A stretch of DNA of 15,808 nucleotides from the NCBI GenBank assembly GCA_050178385.1, contig JBFXGD010000071.1, positions 1-15,808 on the forward strand, given 5' to 3'. The translations under genes were made by a program, and so were the position numbers. This document shows, piece by piece, positions 1-5,106 of the stretch (position 1 is the stretch's first letter; each line of letters starts with the position of its first letter). The stretch is from Calditrichaceae bacterium. Its GTDB lineage: Bacteria > Calditrichota > Calditrichia > Calditrichales > JBFXGD01. The notes under the pieces are model-generated. The model was not told the origin of the DNA. It ran no database searches and was given only the letters and a program-made list of their open reading frames with translations.

Positions 1-365
1 CGTCATAAACATCAATTTATTTCTTCATCACAATTTGTGCTTTATATGATATTCTAAATATAGAAAACCTACATCTGCCGATATAGAATGACAAAAATGA
101 TGCCAATTAAATGAAAAAAAGCACAAGTGACTTAATTTGTTATTTTTATGTGGTTTATAGGTTTTGATCCATTTGCGGTTTTTCTCATTTGTCGGAAACT
201 CATGTGAAAGATTTCCATAATTGCGAAAATATTGTCATCTCCGTGAACTGATAATTTTTTTAATCAGGATTCATCCAGGCGAAGCTTAGAATTAGATTTC
301 AGGACCATTTTATTCTATATTTGTGTTATGAAATGAGTCACGAAAAATCATGCTAAAGGAAAATC

Positions 366-839
366 ATGCGACTGAGAACAGATCAAATAAATTATATTTT
401 GGCGGTTGGATTTATAGCGAGTCTTTTGCTTCACATTTTTATATATCTTGGACTTTATCTGCCTCATAATTGGGTTGTTATAATTATGACGTCAGGTATC
501 ATCCTTTCATGGTTGTATTCAAGCAGAATTATGCGGCAGCACAAAAGTGAATATCCCGAGGGAAATCCATGGGTGGATGTATTAAACTTAATCCCTGTGT
601 GGTTAAAATATTTTACTTATATGATTATCGTATATTCCTTTATTAATTTTATTTCATCCATGTCTTTTAGTTCGGGAGGCGGCTATATTAATACCGATGT
701 TTCAGCGGTTAAGATCAGGGGACTATCGGGTTTCTGGCTGGCGTTTTATGCCATTGGATTTTCACTGGGAATCGGATCGGTTATCCACAATAAAAATAAA
801 ATTGAGAATATTGGATCAGGAGAAAAAACGGAATTATGA
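366..839 (+). CDS. Hypothetical integral membrane protein (about 4 TM segments)
   Basis: 157-aa ORF with AAGGA RBS at about 356-360 and four hydrophobic stretches. Its stop overlaps the next start (ATGA, 836-839). No family recognised. Confidence 0.8.
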   Translation: MRLRTDQINYILAVGFIASLLLHIFIYLGLYLPHNWVVIIMTSGIILSWLYSSRIMRQHKSEYPEGNPWVDVLNLIPVWLKYFTYMIIVYSFINFISSMSFSSGGGYINTDVSAVKIRGLSGFWLAFYAIGFSLGIGSVIHNKNKIENIGSGEKTEL

Positions 840-1993
840 TTGCGTCTTCTATAGAAATTCACTCGAAACAACCGGATTTAAATCTATCCATTTTTGCGGT
901 GATGTCAAAACTGGCTTCTGAACATCAGGCTGTGAATTTATCTCAGGGTTTTCCTGATTTTGATCCCAGTCCGGAACTTGTCAATCTTGTTGCAAAATAT
1001 ATGAAACAGGGTTACAATCAGTATGCTCCCATGCCGGGGGTAGCGGCTCTCAGGGAGGCAATCGCCCGAAAAACAAATGATTTGTACGGTACTTCTTATG
1101 ACCCGGGGAATGAAATAACCGTAACCGCCGGAGCCACAGAGGCGCTTTATGCCGCCATCACTTCCACGGTTCATCCTGGTGATGAAGTCATTGTATTTGA
1201 ACCCTGGTACGACGCCTATGTGCCCGTAATCGGATATAATGGCGGGAAACCGGTCTTCATAAAAATGAAATTACCCGATTATCATATTGACTGGACCGAG
1301 GTTAAAAACGCGGTTACCGGGAAAACCAGGGCAATCATTATTAATTCGCCACATAATCCCAGTGGAAAGACGCTAAGTACTAGTGATATACAATCCTTAA
1401 AAAGTATAGTCTCCGGTACCAATATCATTATCATCAGTGATGAAGTGTACGAACATATCATCTTTGACGGACGGGACCATCTTAGCATGAGCCGATATCC
1501 GGATCTGGCTGCCCGAAGCATGGTCATTAGTTCATTCGGTAAAACTTATCACACGACCGGGTGGAAAGTAGGGTATTGTCTGGCTCCAAAGGAATTGACG
1601 GATGAATTCAGAAAAATACATCAATTTATCACCTACGCGGTCAATACCCCTGTACAGTACGCGTATGCGGAGTTTTTGAGCAAAAAAGATCTCTATATGG
1701 GATTGTCTGATTTCTATCAGAAAAAACGCGATCTGTTTTTGGATTTGATCAAAGGTTCGCGATTCAATGTTTTATCATGCCGCGGAACGTATTTTCAACT
1801 TTTAGATTACTCCGGAATCAGTGATGAAAAAGAAATGGATTTTGCCATCAGGCTGACAAAAGAATATCAGATCGCAAGTATTCCAACCTCCGTATTTTAT
1901 AACCAAAATGATAATAATCATGTGTTAAGATTTTGTTTCGCCAAAAAAGAAGAAACTCTCAAAAAAGCCGCGGAGAAGTTATGCAGGATCTAA
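836..1993 (+). CDS. ybdL: PLP-dependent class I/II aminotransferase, YbdL-like (methionine/glutamine/kynurenine aminotransferase group)
   Basis: Motifs SIFAVMSKLA, AVNLSQGFPDF, NQYAPMPG, INSPHNPSG and ISDEVYEHI, the PLP-lysine motif SFGKTYHTTGWKVG, and C-terminal LRFCFAK. Confidence 0.9.
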   Translation: MIASSIEIHSKQPDLNLSIFAVMSKLASEHQAVNLSQGFPDFDPSPELVNLVAKYMKQGYNQYAPMPGVAALREAIARKTNDLYGTSYDPGNEITVTAGATEALYAAITSTVHPGDEVIVFEPWYDAYVPVIGYNGGKPVFIKMKLPDYHIDWTEVKNAVTGKTRAIIINSPHNPSGKTLSTSDIQSLKSIVSGTNIIIISDEVYEHIIFDGRDHLSMSRYPDLAARSMVISSFGKTYHTTGWKVGYCLAPKELTDEFRKIHQFITYAVNTPVQYAYAEFLSKKDLYMGLSDFYQKKRDLFLDLIKGSRFNVLSCRGTYFQLLDYSGISDEKEMDFAIRLTKEYQIASIPTSVFYNQNDNNHVLRFCFAKKEETLKKAAEKLCRI

Positions 1994-2760
1994 ATATAAC
2001 AATCATCCAGGCCGATCTGGTGTGGGAAGATTCGGCAAAAAATATCTCCCGATTCGACGCGAAAATTGAATCGATTACGGAGTCCGTCGATTTAATTGTT
2101 CTTCCGGAAATGTTTACGACAGGATTCAGCATGAAGGCGCGGCAGCTGGCGGAACAAGCTGACGGCTCATCGGTAAAGTGGATGCTTAAAAAGTCCGCTC
2201 AGAAGAAAGTAGATCTGGTGGGAAGCCTGATAATCAATGATAACGGGAAATTCTTTAACAGATTGTTCTGGGCAAAGCCGGACGGACAGTTGTTTTCATA
2301 TGATAAGCGCCATTTGTTTCGTATGGCGGACGAACATAAAACGTATTCCGCTGGAAATAAGACCTTAACGGTCGATCTAAAAGGATGGAAAATCCGCCCG
2401 TTTGTATGCTACGATCTCCGCTTCCCGGTTTGGTGCCGCAACAAAAACAATGAATATGACATGGCGGTTTTTATCGCCAACTGGCCGGAACGCAGGTCAA
2501 ATCACTGGCGCGCGCTTCTGGCTGCCCGGGCGATAGAAAATCAATGTTATGTTGCAGGGGTAAACCGCGTTGGGCGGGATGGAAATGGGATAGAATACAT
2601 CGGTGATTCTTCCATAATTGATCCTCTTGGGAATGAGCTGGTTCATCAGCGATTGAATGAAATGATCAGTTCTGTGAGACTATCACAACATTCACTTTCC
2701 GGCTACCGGGAGAAATTTCCCGCGTGGATGGATGGAGATTCTTTTGAAATCAGGGATTAA
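1981..2760 (+). CDS. yafV: Carbon-nitrogen hydrolase family omega-amidase (YafV/Nit2/MtnU-like)
   Basis: Nitrilase E-K-C triad in LPEMFTTGF, YDKRHLF and VCYDLRFP, plus ANWP and ARAIENQCYV. Start moved to ATG 1981 (MQDLNITIIQ) after a GGAG RBS; 13-nt overlap with the aminotransferase. Confidence 0.88.
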   Translation: MQDLNITIIQADLVWEDSAKNISRFDAKIESITESVDLIVLPEMFTTGFSMKARQLAEQADGSSVKWMLKKSAQKKVDLVGSLIINDNGKFFNRLFWAKPDGQLFSYDKRHLFRMADEHKTYSAGNKTLTVDLKGWKIRPFVCYDLRFPVWCRNKNNEYDMAVFIANWPERRSNHWRALLAARAIENQCYVAGVNRVGRDGNGIEYIGDSSIIDPLGNELVHQRLNEMISSVRLSQHSLSGYREKFPAWMDGDSFEIRD

Positions 2761-2770
2761 TTCTTTTGAT

Positions 2771-3619
2771 GTGAAAACAACAGTTAAATTAGCGGCAATC
2801 TTATTCATTTTTTTGAACAGTTCCGGTTTATTCGGACAAATAAGATATTTTGATCCCAAAACATACGGGTTACAAAAATTTGATACTATGGAAGAACGAT
2901 TTCCGGTTCCGGCGAATTATGAACGGTTACAGGTTGAAAAAGACAGCTTTGCTGATTATTTGCGAAATCTGCCTTTACTGCCGGGCAGTACAGCTGTTTT
3001 AGACTATCGTGGTAAAATTAGTGTCAAATCCGGTGATACGACTCTAGCGGCCGTGACAGCCATAGATATTGCCGGCAGAAATCTTGAGCAATGCATGGAT
3101 ATCCTGCTTCGGGTCAGGGCGGAATTTCTTTGGACCAGGGGATTAAAAGAACAAATTAATTTTCCTTTACCGGACGGATTGACTCTTTCGTGGAAGCAGT
3201 GGGCTAAAGGGGATCGCCCTGAATTTGCGGGTTTACATTTTTTCTTAAAACGATCTTCAGGTCAGGATTCATCCCGTGGTAATTTAGAAAATTATCTTCG
3301 GGTGATATTTGAATATTCGGGAACACAGACCTTTTATCATTTTTATAAAGATATTCCCGCGAATGAATTGCAGATTGGAGATTTTATTGTAAAAAAGGGG
3401 CGAAAAGGTCACGCGGTTATGATCATGGATCTTGCCAGAAACAAGGACGGAAATCTGGTTGCCCTGATCGCCCAGGGAGATACGCCCGCCTGCCAGTTGT
3501 ATATCTTGAAAAATCAAAAAAACGAGGCCTGGTTTCCAATCGATTTCAGCCAAAAATATTTACCTTTACCGATAAAAAAGAAGATGGGTTGGGATGGATT
3601 GCGGAGGTTTGACAAATAA
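2771..3619 (+). CDS. Secreted DUF4846-like protein, probable NlpC/P60 (papain-like) fold
   Basis: GTG 2771 gives a signal peptide (MKTTVKLAAILFIFLNSSGLFG|Q). Motifs SFADYLRNLPL, LEQCMD..LRVRAE, LQIGDF..KGHAVMIMD and LIAQGDTPA match the DUF4846 family as I recall it. Start codon is inferred. Confidence 0.75.
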   Translation: MKTTVKLAAILFIFLNSSGLFGQIRYFDPKTYGLQKFDTMEERFPVPANYERLQVEKDSFADYLRNLPLLPGSTAVLDYRGKISVKSGDTTLAAVTAIDIAGRNLEQCMDILLRVRAEFLWTRGLKEQINFPLPDGLTLSWKQWAKGDRPEFAGLHFFLKRSSGQDSSRGNLENYLRVIFEYSGTQTFYHFYKDIPANELQIGDFIVKKGRKGHAVMIMDLARNKDGNLVALIAQGDTPACQLYILKNQKNEAWFPIDFSQKYLPLPIKKKMGWDGLRRFDK

Positions 3620-3645
3620 ATCTATTCAGAGAAATAAATTGCCGC

Positions 3646-3685
3646 AAATAAAAATTACCGGACATTCTCATATAAAAATATCCGG
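3646..3685 (-). terminator. Probable intrinsic terminator for the CMD-family gene
   Basis: The minus strand reads CCGGATATTTTTA-TA-TGAGAATGTCCGG (stem with G-U pairs) followed by TAATTTTTATTT, about 30 nt after the stop at 3714 and between convergent genes. Confidence 0.6.
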
Positions 3686-3713
3686 CTTAAGGCTAACTTA
3701 TAGTCACTGAATA

Positions 3714-4031
3714 TTATTTCTCAACAATATCATCTACCCAGCTTAATGCGGCGGAGACGTTTGGAAATCCGATTGTCGGAGTCAATAAAATAACCGCGTG
3801 ATATATTTCCTCTGCAGTGGCTCCCGCTTCCAAGGCTCTTCTGGCATGACTGTGAACCGCACCTTCTGATCGAAGAGTCGCGGCACCGGCTAATTGAATG
3901 AGATGGGTGGTCTTCTCATCTATGGGACCTTCTTTTCGAACCGCTTCACCGAGTGATTCCATAGCCATGATGTAATTCTTTCTGTTTTCTTTCAGCAGGC
4001 GATATTTTTCGGGTAAATTTTCGCGGTCCAT
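3714..4031 (-). CDS. Carboxymuconolactone decarboxylase (CMD/AhpD) family protein without cysteines
   Basis: Start moved to ATG 4031 after a strong AAAGGAG RBS (105 aa). Pattern GPIDEKTTHLIQL...GAVHSHARRALEAGATAEEI...TIGFP is typical of CMD proteins. Confidence 0.85.
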   Translation of the reverse strand: MDRENLPEKYRLLKENRKNYIMAMESLGEAVRKEGPIDEKTTHLIQLAGAATLRSEGAVHSHARRALEAGATAEEIYHAVILLTPTIGFPNVSAALSWVDDIVEK

Positions 4032-4081
4032 ATGAACTCCTTTGGATAGATTTAATTTAGGAAACTTAGCGATTTTTATAC

Positions 4082-4108
4082 CTATCGGCATAAATTTAGG
4101 ATTATTGA
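4082..4108 (-). promoter_or_regulatory. Candidate sigma28 (FliA/SigD)-type promoter for the CMD gene
   Basis: Minus strand TCAA-N15-GCCGATAG, 50 nt upstream of ATG 4031. The consensus is TAAA/TCAA-N15-GCCGATAA. Confidence 0.4.
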
Positions 4109-4196
4109 ATTTATCTATAATCAAATCAAACATCGAAAATGCTCCGGTATATTCCAGAATGAATTAGTTTTAATATGCAGTTTTTCCGGACAATCT

Positions 4197-4787
4197 TTAA
4201 GAAATGATATCAATCAGACCGGTTGAAAAATTATAAAAAGCGCTTAGAACTGTTAATTTGCCTGAAGAAACGAGATCCGCGATGAGAGGCCCCGATGAAC
4301 GGATTTGTTCGGCAACCATTTGTGCATTTTCCCTGATCACCGTCTCCAGATCGTTCTTCTGATGATTGTCAAGGCGATCAATTGCCGGCTTTATAGCTTT
4401 AGCGACACTGAGAAACTGACCCGAAATTCCGGAAATATTCATGGCCCCCTGCACGGCGGCACAGGAAGAGTGGCCAACAACAATCACTAAAGGCACGTTT
4501 AACTGGATGGCGGCATACTCAATCGTTCCCAGCGCAAAGTCACTTGCTACATTTCCCGCAACCCGTGTGACAAAAAGATCACCCAGTCCCTGATCAAATA
4601 TGATCTCAGGGGATACTCTTGAATCGGCGCATGTCATGATAACGGCAAAAGGACTTTGCGTCTCCAGCAGGGCTGTCCGGTGCTGTTGTGACTGATTCGG
4701 GTGAATAGGGCTGCCCCCGGCATATCGTTTGTTACCTTCAAGCAGTTTTTTTAAAGCTCCTTTGGCGGTCATCGGATCGGAAGACAT
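4197..4787 (-). CDS. Beta-class carbonic anhydrase
   Basis: LLEGNKRY, QSPFA, Zn ligands in CADSRV and GHSSC, plus IIFDQGLGDLFVTRVAGN and GTIEYA. GGAG RBS upstream. Confidence 0.93.
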   Translation of the reverse strand: MSSDPMTAKGALKKLLEGNKRYAGGSPIHPNQSQQHRTALLETQSPFAVIMTCADSRVSPEIIFDQGLGDLFVTRVAGNVASDFALGTIEYAAIQLNVPLVIVVGHSSCAAVQGAMNISGISGQFLSVAKAIKPAIDRLDNHQKNDLETVIRENAQMVAEQIRSSGPLIADLVSSGKLTVLSAFYNFSTGLIDIIS

Positions 4788-4891
4788 TTAAAAATCTCCA
4801 TGTTTTAACGGTTTGGTTTTATAATGATCACTCAGTTATGAGAATGTTAAAATGTAATGAACTTCTACGACATGGTAGTCATTGGTTTAAC

Positions 4892-4920
4892 AAAATAAAA
4901 AATATGTATAATCATGTCAA
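4892..4920 (-). promoter_or_regulatory. sigma70-type promoter for carbonic anhydrase
   Basis: Minus strand TTGACA (4920-4915), 17-nt spacer, TATTTT (4897-4892). Confidence 0.6.
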
Positions 4921-4971
4921 ACAATGATTCCCTTCAGATTAAATTTTGTTTAGTTCTTATCAGGGAAAATG

Positions 4972-4999
4972 TTGATTTTTAATTAGAATAATCTAATTT
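4972..4999 (+). promoter_or_regulatory. Possible promoter for the Omp85 cluster with an overlapping palindrome
   Basis: TTGATT (4972-4977), 16-nt spacer, TAATTT (4994-4999). It overlaps the palindrome AATTAGA-ATAA-TCTAATT (4981-4998). Confidence 0.35.
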
Positions 5000-5106
5000 T
5001 ATAAGGTGACACAAACCTGAACTTTTAATTCGGAAGTTTCTAAAATCAGTATTTAATGGTCATTTATACGAATTTGTGTCACGGATTAAACATCAGATAA
5101 CGGGAT

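Noticed and set aside
55..84. TAAA...GCCGATAT as a + strand sigma28 promoter for the first operon
   Set aside because: The spacer is 18 nt rather than about 15, and it lies about 280 nt from the first start codon.
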